This document shows positions 1 to 9,415 of a DNA stretch of 21,074 bases, piece by piece. Under the pieces are notes generated by a model, which was not told where the DNA came from, did no database searches, and saw nothing but the letters and a program-made list of their open reading frames with translations. The position numbers were made by a program, and so were the translations under genes. Location: contig JBHLPL010000025.1 in assembly GCA_048939465.1 (NCBI GenBank), positions 1 through 21,074 of the forward strand, given 5' to 3'. Origin of the DNA: Promethearchaeota archaeon. Lineage in GTDB: Archaea; Asgardarchaeota; Odinarchaeia; Odinarchaeales; JBHLKK01. Numbering within the stretch: the first letter of the stretch is position 1; the number at the start of each line of letters is the position of its first letter.

Positions 1-511
1 CAACTCTGAGAGCCTGATCTTCATTATCACATGGTATGGATCCTTTTCCAGCACAGATCTCGGCTACTTTTACAACAACGTTTTCACGAGGGTTCTCTCT
101 GTAGAAGTTTCTTATGTATTCCTTAGCCTCATTCGGGCTGCTGAAATTGGCAAATTCCGGCACAGGCACATTATGACGTTTCCAGAAGTCTTTTGCCCAG
201 CATTTGTCAGTCTCCAGAATTCCGGCTTCTGCCTTTTGCCCGACTATGTTATATCTCCCAATGTCGTTAAGCCTATCAACTATGCCCTTTGTCAAATATC
301 CCTCTGGTCCGATATCTATCAAATCTATGGGGTTCTTTTTTACGAAATCTACTATTTCATCTATTTCTCTGAGACCAAGCCTTACGGTCTTTTTCATTAG
401 ACTAATGCCTGCGTTTCCAGGAGATACGCAAACCACGTTTGCGCTCCTTTGATAAGCTTCGGCCAGGGCCTGCTCCCTGGCACCTCCTCCCACTATCAGT
501 ACTGTTACCAT
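1..511 (-). CDS. purD: Phosphoribosylamine--glycine ligase (GAR synthetase), 5' 170 codons, runs off the window edge
   Basis: Manual minus-strand translation from ATG 511 is open to position 1: MVTVLIVGGGAREQALAEAY...VSPGNAGI...IDIGPEGYLTKGIVDRL...LETDKCWAKDFWKRHNVPVPEF...VVVKVAEICAGKGS. The order matches PurD motifs (GxGGREHA, PGNxG, GPExPL, ExSKxxAKxFM, VKADGLAAGKG). Not in the supplied ORF track. Confidence 0.93.
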   Translation of the reverse strand, partial: MVTVLIVGGGAREQALAEAYQRSANVVCVSPGNAGISLMKKTVRLGLREIDEIVDFVKKNPIDLIDIGPEGYLTKGIVDRLNDIGRYNIVGQKAEAGILETDKCWAKDFWKRHNVPVPEFANFSSPNEAKEYIRNFYRENPRENVVVKVAEICAGKGSIPCDNEDQALRV

Positions 512-533
512 AGGCTTACGTTTTGGAACTTCT

Positions 534-548
534 TATTTATACCTTTTT
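534..548 (-). promoter_or_regulatory. Archaeal TATA box (TATAAATA, 541-534) with A-rich BRE-like upstream bases; purD probably leaderless
   Basis: The minus strand reads AAAAAGG-TATAAATA, ending about 23 nt before ATG 511, and no SD is visible. Confidence 0.6.
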
Positions 549-734
549 ATCTATGCACATAGCCGATCGGCTTTCACAATTAGGAGAATAACGGTGCTGG
601 GCAAAAACCGTGGGTGTTTGAATCGGAGAGTCAATTAGAATTGAGGACTGTGATGCTTTGGAGAAACCTTAATATAGTTTACAAAATGATTAGCGCCGTT
701 ATTGGCTGTCTAGAATCAATAGGAAGATCCGAGT

Positions 735-2063
735 ATGGGAAATGACGATCTACGGGTTGAAACCGAACCGTTGAAATCGAGAAATGGAATCTCAACCCGT
801 TCATTATTCACTGGAAACTACTTAGTACTACTCATAAGCTGGATCTTGATGGATTTTGCCGGAGAACTACCCGGTACATACTATCAAGACTATGTTATCA
901 TCCTAGGTGGCAGTGCCACCATCTTAGGGTTGATAGCCATGGTTTCTTTCCTGTGCATAGCTTCTGTTCAGTTCTTGGGAGGCTACATGGCAGACAGATA
1001 CGGAAGGCGGAAGCTTATAGTCGTGATGACATTCGGTGTAGCCTTCTCGTACATATTCTACGCGATTGCCCCCAGCTGGCACTTTATCCTGATTGGAGCT
1101 GCAATACAGAACTTGGTTTTGCTCTATCAACCAGCCCTGTTTGCCATGATGGCAGATTCGGTACCACCAGAAAAGCGAGGAACGGGGTTTTCGATCCTAA
1201 ATCTGATAATGAATGTTGCAACGACCCCTGGTCCGGCAGTAGCGCTTCTCCTAGTTTCTATTTACGGGTCCGAATTAGGCATGAGAATAGCTTACACAAT
1301 CGTAACTGTCTTCTTCACGATGGCTGCAGTCTGGCGAATCAGACTCAAGGAAAGTATGATAAATACCGAAAGAATGGATCTCAAAGAAGCACTTCGCTCT
1401 TATCCCAAAGCGCTAAAGGAAGGGATAAGTGTCTGGAAAAGGATACCCCGATCAACTTTCTACTTGCTTCTCTCGCAGGTAATTCTCAGATTCAGCTTTT
1501 CCATGGTGCTAAATCTTTTCCTAGTTTATGCCTTCTACGAGCTTCAAATAGGTGGTGCACCAAATCCGGCTCTGGACCCTGATCAGGACCCAGCTCTTCA
1601 ACTTGCCCGTGAAAGATGGGGTTTTGTCTCGATCGCAATAGTAATAGTTATGATCATTATGTCCCTGCCAGTAGGAAGGTTAATGGACAAGATTGGCAGA
1701 AAGGTACCTTTGCTCCTGTCCAACATCTTGATGATTCCATCATTATTGATATTCATATACGGAGATTATATGCTTCTCTACGTCGCAATGATTCTCGTAG
1801 GGGTTGTGAGACTCCTTGCCTTTTCAGCCTATCAAGCTTTGTTTGCAGATTTTGTGCCACAAGAACTACGTGGAAAAGTCACAGGTTCGAGGAATTTCTT
1901 TGCCTATATATTCATGGCCTTTGGGGGATTGGCTGGGGGAATTCTGTATGACGCAATAGCCCCCCAGCTTCCGTTTCTCATCGTGATCCTTCTGACAGTC
2001 CCCTCGATACTTATTGTCGCTTTCCGCATACGTGAACTCAAACCCGAGGAAAGACACATCTAA
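735..2063 (+). CDS. Major facilitator superfamily transporter (about 12 TM)
   Basis: MFS motif A occurs in both halves (GGYMADRYGRRK, GRLMDKIGRK), with about 12 hydrophobic segments. Substrate is not inferable. Confidence 0.92.
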   Translation: MGNDDLRVETEPLKSRNGISTRSLFTGNYLVLLISWILMDFAGELPGTYYQDYVIILGGSATILGLIAMVSFLCIASVQFLGGYMADRYGRRKLIVVMTFGVAFSYIFYAIAPSWHFILIGAAIQNLVLLYQPALFAMMADSVPPEKRGTGFSILNLIMNVATTPGPAVALLLVSIYGSELGMRIAYTIVTVFFTMAAVWRIRLKESMINTERMDLKEALRSYPKALKEGISVWKRIPRSTFYLLLSQVILRFSFSMVLNLFLVYAFYELQIGGAPNPALDPDQDPALQLARERWGFVSIAIVIVMIIMSLPVGRLMDKIGRKVPLLLSNILMIPSLLIFIYGDYMLLYVAMILVGVVRLLAFSAYQALFADFVPQELRGKVTGSRNFFAYIFMAFGGLAGGILYDAIAPQLPFLIVILLTVPSILIVAFRIRELKPEERHI

Positions 2064-2087
2064 TAGGGCAAACACCAGCTCAACTCT

Positions 2088-3092
2088 CTATTCCTGCTCT
2101 AATATCCCCTTTTCATCCATTATCCTTGATACGTTTTGGTCGATAGCGATTTCTGCAAGATCAGTACAGTAGTTTACGATCCTTCTGAAATGCATCGTGA
2201 GTATCCTCTCACCAGCTTCTTCTCCAGTTCTATCTAATTCATCAATGATGCTGGGGCTTTGGGATAATATATCTGATATTACCTTGTGAAAATCAATTCC
2301 CTTTGCGAAGAACGCTTGAAGAACTCCGTCATAAATTGATGATATTTCTCCGGCAATGGCTTTTAGTTTTTCTGGGATCTTTCGCCCTTTTATTATTTCT
2401 TTAGCGATTCCAACTATGTGGTCTGCAGTCCTCTCCACGAATTTGGATGCCATATAATAGTTCAGACAATCTTCGGTCGCTAAACCGACTTCCAGAGCAT
2501 AGGTTGGATTCTTGAGGGCAAGGTGAGAGAGTCTCTCAATCGCATAATGGTAACGATCTACATCCTTGTCTCTGTTGACGATGATCTTTGCATCTTTAAC
2601 ATTCGGAGATTCTAATAGGCTGATAATGCTCAATAGCATGTACTTTACAGCACTTAGTTCTCGTTTCATTAGAGGCTTTATCGTTAAGGCCAAACTCACG
2701 TCGTTGATCACGATGCCCTTTTCGGTTTCGGACACAATCTCGAATCCTAAGAGCTGCCTTGTGATTTTACTGATTTTCTCTCTCATTTCTATTGAGATCG
2801 GCCAAGCTGAAATAATTTCCAGCTTTCTGGCCCCTGAGATGTAGCTGGAGACAATCAGGGTGATAATCGTCTTTTCATCGTAATCATCGATCTTGAAACC
2901 AATCTCGGCCTTTCCCTTCAAGCTAGCTCCAGGCGGGAGTATTGTGACTGCACCATCGCTGGATTCAAACAGGTTAAGCTCCTGACCGCTTTTGAGACCC
3001 ACCTTCTTACACCAGTTCTTTGGCAGGTAAATGTAGAATGAACCCCTTAGCTCCTGAACTCTCCTAGAAGGCATTTTAATCACTCTTGTCAA
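2088..3092 (-). CDS. Archaeal phosphate uptake regulator: N-terminal AbrB/SpoVT-like DNA-binding domain plus PhoU domains
   Basis: N-terminus RRVQELRGSFYIYLPKNWCKKVGLKSGQEL is the AbrB-type pattern. PhoU helical motifs follow (DKDVDRYHY, ERTADHIVGIA, RRIVNYCTDLAE). TTG start. Confidence 0.88.
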   Translation of the reverse strand: MTRVIKMPSRRVQELRGSFYIYLPKNWCKKVGLKSGQELNLFESSDGAVTILPPGASLKGKAEIGFKIDDYDEKTIITLIVSSYISGARKLEIISAWPISIEMREKISKITRQLLGFEIVSETEKGIVINDVSLALTIKPLMKRELSAVKYMLLSIISLLESPNVKDAKIIVNRDKDVDRYHYAIERLSHLALKNPTYALEVGLATEDCLNYYMASKFVERTADHIVGIAKEIIKGRKIPEKLKAIAGEISSIYDGVLQAFFAKGIDFHKVISDILSQSPSIIDELDRTGEEAGERILTMHFRRIVNYCTDLAEIAIDQNVSRIMDEKGILEQE

Positions 3093-3197
3093 GTATTCAT
3101 ATGAAAATAATTTCTTTCCTTATTAAAATATATGAAATTAGCTACGAGCTCTAATAAAGAAAAAGGATGGATTCGAAAAAGCAATTTTACTCATATA

Positions 3198-3854
3198 TCA
3201 GGAAATCTTGACTCTTTTGCCTGTAATCATGTATACAATTCGACCGCCTATGGCACAGGCATTATCTGCTATTCTCTCTAGGTAGCGTGCCACAAGGAGA
3301 AGGCTTGTAGCGTCTGAGATTATCTTAGGGTCTTCAATCATCATCGTGATTAGTTCACGATATACCTGCTCAAACAGTCCGTCAACCAAATCATCCTCTT
3401 TGGAGAGCTCTCCTATGCAGTCTCCAAGGATTTCCTTCTCATATGCTGTAATAATGCATTGTATCATTCTTTGGGCCGTTCCAGACATGCGAGGAATATC
3501 AATCAGGGGCTTCACATGGGGTTTGTCGACTGTTTCCTTGTTTATCTTGGCGATGTTTCCTGCAAGATCACTTATGCGATCGAAGTTACCTATTATCTTT
3601 AGAGTGGTACCGATAAACCTTAGTTCATCCCCAACAGGTTGCTGAAGTGCAATCAATTGCATACATCTATTCTCCAGATCTAGTTCCATCTCATCAATTC
3701 TAGCGTTGTTTTTGAGCACCTTGTCCGACAGCTTGACATTCTTTTCTTCAAGAGATTGGACAGAGTCCTTTAGCGAATCTATAGTGCTTTTGCCCATTTT
3801 GATAACGTCTTTTTTTAGGTTATCGAGGGCCTCTCTATATCTTTTCCTTAGCAA
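3198..3854 (-). CDS. phoU: Phosphate signalling complex protein PhoU
   Basis: Motifs LIALQQPVGDELR, FDRISDLAGNIA, DDLVDGLF and RYLERIADNACAIG. GGAGG SD precedes TTG 3854. Directly downstream of pstB. Confidence 0.96.
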   Translation of the reverse strand: MLRKRYREALDNLKKDVIKMGKSTIDSLKDSVQSLEEKNVKLSDKVLKNNARIDEMELDLENRCMQLIALQQPVGDELRFIGTTLKIIGNFDRISDLAGNIAKINKETVDKPHVKPLIDIPRMSGTAQRMIQCIITAYEKEILGDCIGELSKEDDLVDGLFEQVYRELITMMIEDPKIISDATSLLLVARYLERIADNACAIGGRIVYMITGKRVKIS

Positions 3855-3866
3855 TGCAAATCCTCC

Positions 3867-4694
3867 TCATCCAAATCTCCCCGCAATATAATTCTCGGTT
3901 AGCTCATGTTGCGGGGTTTCAAAAAGCCTTGTCGTGATACCATACTCAATCAACTCTCCCAAATAAAGGAATGCCGTGAAGTCGGACACCCTCGCTGCTT
4001 GTTGCATATTGTGTGTAACTACTACAATGGTCACATTATTCTTTAGTTCGTGCATTAGATCCTCAATCTTGGCCGTAGCGATCGGATCCAGTGCTGAACA
4101 CGGCTCGTCCATCAATATGACATCGGGTTCCACGGCCAGAGTTCTTGCTATGCAGAGCCTTTGCTGCTGACCTCCGGAAAGTCCTACTGCGTTTTCGTTG
4201 AGTCTGGTCTTGACTTCATCCCATAGGGCTGCCCGTTCTAAGCTCTCTTTGACTACGTTCTTCAGAACGTTACGGGTCCTGACTCCGTGGATCTTGGGGC
4301 CGTAAGCCACGTTTTCAAAAACCGATTTAGGGAACGGATTTGGTTTTTGAAAGACCATGCCAACTCTCTTCCTGAGGGCTACAACATCTACTCCGTCGGC
4401 AAGGATGTCCTTTCCATCCAGAAATATCTTACCTTCAACATGTGCTCCATCCAAATCAGACATCCGATTGAAAGTTCTAATTAGTGTGGTCTTACCACAT
4501 CCTGAAGGACCTATTATCGCTGTAATTCTATTCTTTTTTATGGAGACGCTGACATTCTTTAGAACGTGATTTGTCCCAAACCAAAGGTTAAGCCCCTTGG
4601 TCGATATCTTGTCCTTAATCTTCTTTTTGTCCCTGACTGTTTCCATAGCTTGAACCGATTTCTTTTCTTCCACTACATTCTCTTCTTTAATCAT
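3867..4694 (-). CDS. pstB: Phosphate ABC transporter ATP-binding protein
   Basis: Walker [55 protein letters not shown] and C-terminal YIAGRFG are all PstB signatures. Confidence 0.98.
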   Translation of the reverse strand: MIKEENVVEEKKSVQAMETVRDKKKIKDKISTKGLNLWFGTNHVLKNVSVSIKKNRITAIIGPSGCGKTTLIRTFNRMSDLDGAHVEGKIFLDGKDILADGVDVVALRKRVGMVFQKPNPFPKSVFENVAYGPKIHGVRTRNVLKNVVKESLERAALWDEVKTRLNENAVGLSGGQQQRLCIARTLAVEPDVILMDEPCSALDPIATAKIEDLMHELKNNVTIVVVTHNMQQAARVSDFTAFLYLGELIEYGITTRLFETPQHELTENYIAGRFG

Positions 4695-4695
4695 A

Positions 4696-5562
4696 TCAAC
4701 CTGCCCTCTGAATTTGTAGTCTCCTTCGCGCTCTATTCCTGATATATATTGCTAAGCCATTTAGGGCAATAACTATCATTAGTAGGATCAAACAGGATGC
4801 ATAGGCTATCGGAAGTGTAATCTCCAGGTTCGCAGACTGAAGAGCTAGGTTATATATCGTAAAAGGAAGAACCATAGATGGCTTAAGAGGGTCAAAAACA
4901 TATCCGGAAAGAGCTATGGCATATACAAAAAGTATTGGCGCGGTCTCTCCGCCAGCTCTGCTAAGACCCAAGATTCCTCCAGTCATTATCCCGCCCATGG
5001 CGTTGGGGAGTACATGATCCTTTACTGATTGCCATTTGGTAGCCCCAAGTGCCAGGGCACCTTCTCTATAAGACTTCGGAACTGATAGAAGGGCTTCTTG
5101 AGAAGCCGATATGATAATCGGCAGAGTCATAAGGGACAGTGTTAATGCAGCTACTATAGCAGACTTAGGGAATCTGAGAATGAGTAGAAAAAACACGAAC
5201 CCAAATACTCCGTAGACTATTGAGGGAACGCTTGCCAGGGTGTTTATCGCGCTTCTGATGACCCTAGTAAAAGCATTGTCTCCAGCGTATTCTGTCAGGT
5301 AAATAGCTGCCAGTATTCCTATTGGCAGGCTAATCATCAGAGTAAAAACCATGACGTAGATTGTGCCAAGAATGGCAGGTCCAACACCCCATAACTCAGG
5401 ATTGACGGGATTCGGTGTACCGAAAATAAGCGCCGGAGACAGGGCACCTACGCCGTTTATCACTATGGTCCCAATTATCCATACCAAGAAAAACAAGGGG
5501 ATTGCTGTCACTAGACGCATAAACCAAAACATAACTTTTTGCTTGACATGTTTTGAAATCAT
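4696..5562 (-). CDS. pstA: Phosphate ABC transporter permease PstA
   Basis: Motifs [13 protein letters not shown] loop ([14 protein letters not shown]) and RAGGETAP. Start is most likely ATG 5562, which has an ATGA overlap with the pstC stop and a GGAGA SD. ATG 5577 is an alternative; the track's 5613 start overlaps pstC too far. Confidence 0.94.
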   Translation of the reverse strand: MISKHVKQKVMFWFMRLVTAIPLFFLVWIIGTIVINGVGALSPALIFGTPNPVNPELWGVGPAILGTIYVMVFTLMISLPIGILAAIYLTEYAGDNAFTRVIRSAINTLASVPSIVYGVFGFVFFLLILRFPKSAIVAALTLSLMTLPIIISASQEALLSVPKSYREGALALGATKWQSVKDHVLPNAMGGIMTGGILGLSRAGGETAPILFVYAIALSGYVFDPLKPSMVLPFTIYNLALQSANLEITLPIAYASCLILLMIVIALNGLAIYIRNRARRRLQIQRAG

Positions 5563-6515
5563 CTTCTTATTCTCCATCCTAGTCTTCTTCCAATTATGGA
5601 GGTGGCAACCCAATTAATTAATATCGTAATGACCAGAAGCACCAAGGCTAGTGCAAACATCGAATGATACCATATCGACCCCCTGGGTACTTCTCCAAAG
5701 TCCCTAGCTATCAAGGCAGTCATTGCGGCGATTGCGTCAAGCGGATTAAGCGTGAAGTGGGTGGCGTTCCCGGTAGCCATAAGCACCGCCATGGTCTCGC
5801 CTATTGCTCGACCAAAACCTAACAGGATTGCTGTGACAATCCCTGGTTTGGCAGTTGGAAAGGTGACGTTCCTCAGGGTCTCCCAGTCGGATGAACCCAA
5901 GGCATATGCTGCTTCTTTGTATTGGCGGGGAACTGCAGAAAGGGCATCTTCTGAAATGCTGATTATTGTTGGAAGAGCCATGACGGCCAAGATTACAGCG
6001 CCGTTTAGGGCATTGAGCCTCTCTACCACAAGTGGCCCGAATATTACGGATATTGCGGAGGCGAGTATCACGAAAGCAAAGAATCCATAGACAACTGAAG
6101 GCACTCCGGCCAGTATTTCAATAAGAGGTTTCAAGATTTCTCTCTCCTTCTTACGTGCCACCTGAGAGATGTACATCGCGCTGAAGACACCCACCGGTAT
6201 GGCTATTGCTAGAGCTATAATCGTAACAAGGAACGAGCTCCAGAGAGGGGTAATGAGACCGTACTTCGGATCAGAGGACCAAGGCCTGAATTCAATCCCG
6301 GCAAAGAAGTCGATAGGATTGACTTGGAGAAAAAAAGGAATTGACTCATAAAGAACATAGGCGAATATTAAGACCACGAATAAGACTGCTATGGCACCTG
6401 CTAAGAACAATGCTTTTTCAATAAGGATCTCGCCTATCTTTCTTTTAGGTTTGGATGCGGGTTCCGAATAGATAATGTCATCGGTTTCTGAAGGATTTGA
6501 GGATTCTTCTTCCAT
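5559..6515 (-). CDS. pstC: Phosphate ABC transporter permease PstC
   Basis: Motifs EILAGVPSVVYG, YKEAAYALGS and GRAIGETMAVLMATGN. Confidence 0.96.
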   Translation of the reverse strand: MEEESSNPSETDDIIYSEPASKPKRKIGEILIEKALFLAGAIAVLFVVLIFAYVLYESIPFFLQVNPIDFFAGIEFRPWSSDPKYGLITPLWSSFLVTIIALAIAIPVGVFSAMYISQVARKKEREILKPLIEILAGVPSVVYGFFAFVILASAISVIFGPLVVERLNALNGAVILAVMALPTIISISEDALSAVPRQYKEAAYALGSSDWETLRNVTFPTAKPGIVTAILLGFGRAIGETMAVLMATGNATHFTLNPLDAIAAMTALIARDFGEVPRGSIWYHSMFALALVLLVITILINWVATSIIGRRLGWRIRR

Positions 6516-6766
6516 ACTTCGCTACTCCCTCATTGGTGATGACGTTCCCGATTAGAGGTTTCCACGTATATTAATCTTATTACCAATATTGACAAGCTTG
6601 ATAAAAACATATTCTTGCTGAAACAGTATAACTCATATTATTCTACTGAAAAACCTTTAAATATGTATTACAGTCAAGGCGAACCTGCCTAGAATATTAT
6701 TAGAACAAAGAGTCTAATTGCTTATCATCTTGCTTAAAATGATTTGAAATAAGGAGATACGGGAAA

Positions 6767-7705
6767 TTGGGAGAAGAAATAAAGTTTGTGGAAGAAGTTG
6801 GCATATCTAGATCTTGGCTGGCAATACTGTTGATTATAGCACTTGGTGCAGGATTTGGTGCTGGATGGATTTCTGGGTCGTTAACAGGCTCGCAAGGCGG
6901 GGGATTTTCGGCAACAATCAGTATAGAGGGCTCAAATACTCTATTCGAGCTTCAGCAGACGTGGGCGATTAATTACATGGGCAACAATACTGGGATCATT
7001 ATCAACGTTGGAGGGGCTGGCTCGTCGGTAGGGTACAGCCAGCTAATTGACGGACTAATTGACATCGCCGATGCCTCAAGACTTCCCAAAGCTTCAGAAA
7101 ACGAAAGTGCGGCCACATTTGGTGTTGAACTAAACATCATTCCGGTAGTTATAGACGGGATTGTGATTGTTGTTCATCCTAACAATGACATATCGAACAT
7201 CTCATTTAGCTGTCTAAGAGGAATATACAACGGTACTATCAGCGGTTGGATCGATGTCAACGCAAGCTCCAGCAGAGCCGGCAATTCCATAACTGCATAT
7301 TCTAGAGATCCTGCTTCTGGAACTTTTGGATTCTTTCAGGAACACGTGATGGAAGATGATGACTACGGCAGTTCGATTCAGATGCTCGCCGGTAACTCCG
7401 CTATAGTATCGGCCGTAGCTGCTGATGAGGATGGCATAGGCTATGTGGGCGCTGCATACGCCCAGACAACCCAAGTAAGGGTAATCGATGTCAATAGCCC
7501 GGATACGGGTAATCCAGTCGAACCAACATTTGAAAATATCAAAGACTTCTCCTATCCTATTGCTCGACATCTATACGCGGTTACTAATGGCAGGCCTGCA
7601 GGTTTTATTGCAGCCTATATTGATTGGTGCATAGGTCCAGAAGGGCAGACAATAGCGGAATCCATAGGCTATATTGCAGCTTATGAGCTTGCAGGGCCTT
7701 CTTGA
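6767..7705 (+). CDS. pstS: Phosphate-binding protein PstS with N-terminal membrane anchor
   Basis: Motifs EGSNT, GAGSSVG, DIADASR, RDPASGT, GIGYVG and YPIARHLY. There is a hydrophobic N-terminal segment and a Gly/Ser linker without a lipobox Cys. GGAGA SD upstream of the TTG. Confidence 0.93.
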   Translation: MGEEIKFVEEVGISRSWLAILLIIALGAGFGAGWISGSLTGSQGGGFSATISIEGSNTLFELQQTWAINYMGNNTGIIINVGGAGSSVGYSQLIDGLIDIADASRLPKASENESAATFGVELNIIPVVIDGIVIVVHPNNDISNISFSCLRGIYNGTISGWIDVNASSSRAGNSITAYSRDPASGTFGFFQEHVMEDDDYGSSIQMLAGNSAIVSAVAADEDGIGYVGAAYAQTTQVRVIDVNSPDTGNPVEPTFENIKDFSYPIARHLYAVTNGRPAGFIAAYIDWCIGPEGQTIAESIGYIAAYELAGPS

Positions 7706-7859
7706 GCAAAGTCTCACAAGATATTCTACTTCCCCTTTACATCTTCCTGAATCACTTAAGCCATTTTAGGTGTTCGAAGACGACATACCTTTAAAGAGGA
7801 ACGTTTTTTTTTGCTGGCGAAGAGGGATAGTTTCTGTGTGTTTGATGGAGATGTGCAGA

Positions 7860-8621
7860 ATGAAGGAACGATTCACTCCAAAGATGTTTATGCACTACAT
7901 CGCTTCTAGGAAAGATATTAACATTGAAGATATGGGAGTGAGGCCTATCGTGGTCCTCTCCTGGTGGACGGGGGTCATTAAATCTCTAGCCGAGGCTACA
8001 GGGGCTCATCTATCAAAGAATTGGATCTACGGAGAGAGGCATCCTCTATACGTGGGAGATGTCGAAGACAGCCACGTCTGTTTTTGTAGTGCCCCCGTAG
8101 GAGCCCCCGCTACGGTAATGCTTATGGAAGAATTAATTGCTTGTGGTGCTCGTTTCTTCTTTGGTTTAGGATGGGCCGGAAGTCTCCAGCAAAAGGCTCC
8201 AACAGGGGCTTTCCTACTCCCCACTTCGTGCATTAGTGAGGAAGGAACATCCGCACACTACGTAACTCCCGGTACGAGACTGGTTCCAAGCAAGCGTCTT
8301 GTCATAATCATTCAAGAAGTCTGTCAGGGGAGAGGTCACAGTGTTCACTTAGGTCCTATTTGGACCACAGACGCTCCCTATCGTGAACTCCAGACAAAAA
8401 TCAAATCATATCGCAAAGAGGGAGTTTTGGGTGTGGATATGGAGACCTCCGCTATGTACGCACTCGGACAGTTTCGAAAGGTAGAAGTCTGCAACCTTCT
8501 GGTGGTCAGCGACGAATTGTGGCATGGATGGAGACCCGCTTTTATATCTGCCAAGTTGAGGGAAGGAGTAAGACTGGCAACAGATATAATCAAAGACTGC
8601 CTTGTCAAAGACCTTAAATAG
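7860..8621 (+). CDS. Nucleoside phosphorylase (NP-I / PNP_UDP_1 family)
   Basis: Motifs GAPATVMLMEELIACG, GWAGSL, EEGTSAHY, WTTDAPYRE, VDMETSA and VVSD. ATG 7860 is preferred over the track's 7770 because GGAGA lies about 8 nt upstream. Confidence 0.9.
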   Translation: MKERFTPKMFMHYIASRKDINIEDMGVRPIVVLSWWTGVIKSLAEATGAHLSKNWIYGERHPLYVGDVEDSHVCFCSAPVGAPATVMLMEELIACGARFFFGLGWAGSLQQKAPTGAFLLPTSCISEEGTSAHYVTPGTRLVPSKRLVIIIQEVCQGRGHSVHLGPIWTTDAPYRELQTKIKSYRKEGVLGVDMETSAMYALGQFRKVEVCNLLVVSDELWHGWRPAFISAKLREGVRLATDIIKDCLVKDLK

Positions 8622-8644
8622 GCCAGGGGACTTCCCATAAGGGG

Positions 8645-8995
8645 GTGAGATACTTGGGTACGCTTCTGGGTCTAGAGAAGGTAGAGGAAACCGTTAGAAG
8701 AATACGAAATACTTCATTTACGATCCTGGATTTTATTGAGATCTTTCAGAGACTATATCCTAAAGATTGGGGACGGCTGCTGGATCGATTCGGACAATTC
8801 GGCGAGAAGCGAAGATACACCGTGAATACTTATCTCTCAAATCGTTTGGATATCTACTCCCACAAACAAGGTTCACTTCTTCTGCCATTAACACACTACT
8901 CCGAAGGTAAGTTTAAAGATCGCAGAAGGACCACAAATGATGAGCAAAAGCATTTTGGAAGTCCCTGGATTACCGTTTATAAAAAGAAGAAATAA
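8645..8995 (+). CDS. Hypothetical protein, 116 aa, basic and aromatic-rich
   Basis: Clean ORF 23 nt after the phosphorylase, same strand, with protein-like composition. No family recognised. Confidence 0.72.
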   Translation: MRYLGTLLGLEKVEETVRRIRNTSFTILDFIEIFQRLYPKDWGRLLDRFGQFGEKRRYTVNTYLSNRLDIYSHKQGSLLLPLTHYSEGKFKDRRRTTNDEQKHFGSPWITVYKKKK

Positions 8996-9158
8996 GACTG
9001 TATTGTTGGGGTACTGTTTGGCGGAGAAGTACTGCGAGAATATGATCTCCTTCTCTCTTTGATCCTTCTAAGCTTACGTTTGATCCTGTACTAAAGCTTA
9101 AGAATAATCTTGTTTAGTATTAGTTGTAGGTATCTTGGTAATTAGGAGGCTATTGCTA

Positions 9159-9353
9159 GTGATAAACAACTTGGAGGGGCGAAAAGAGATTCTAATAAAG
9201 CAATTTAAGGCTCTTCACAAGGATATTCTTCGACTAATGGAGAGAAGCCCATTGTCAATCCCTGAACTTAGAGCTATGCTTATCAATATAGAAGAAATGC
9301 TAAAAATAATGCACGAGGTAACGGTGCTTAGCGTCCGTGCAAAAAGCCTATGA
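9159..9353 (+). CDS. Small helical hypothetical protein, about 64 aa
   Basis: GGAGG at 9145-9149 lies 9 nt before in-frame GTG 9159. The translation has an amphipathic Leu/Ile pattern. Confidence 0.5.
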   Translation: MINNLEGRKEILIKQFKALHKDILRLMERSPLSIPELRAMLINIEEMLKIMHEVTVLSVRAKSL

Positions 9354-9415
9354 GCTGATGCGCTGATCAAATCATAAGTCAAGGGATGATATCGATGTCT
9401 TCTTAATAGGTCCTG

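Noticed and set aside
173-452. Track ORFs 173..400 and 204..452 (+)
   Set aside because: They are antisense shadows of purD, which has clear motifs on the minus strand.
6516-6766. Bacterial Pho box in the pstC/pstS gap; TTGCTTA repeat at 6718 and 6730
   Set aside because: There is no CTGTCAT-type 11-bp repeat. The 7-mer pair is within chance for AT-rich DNA.
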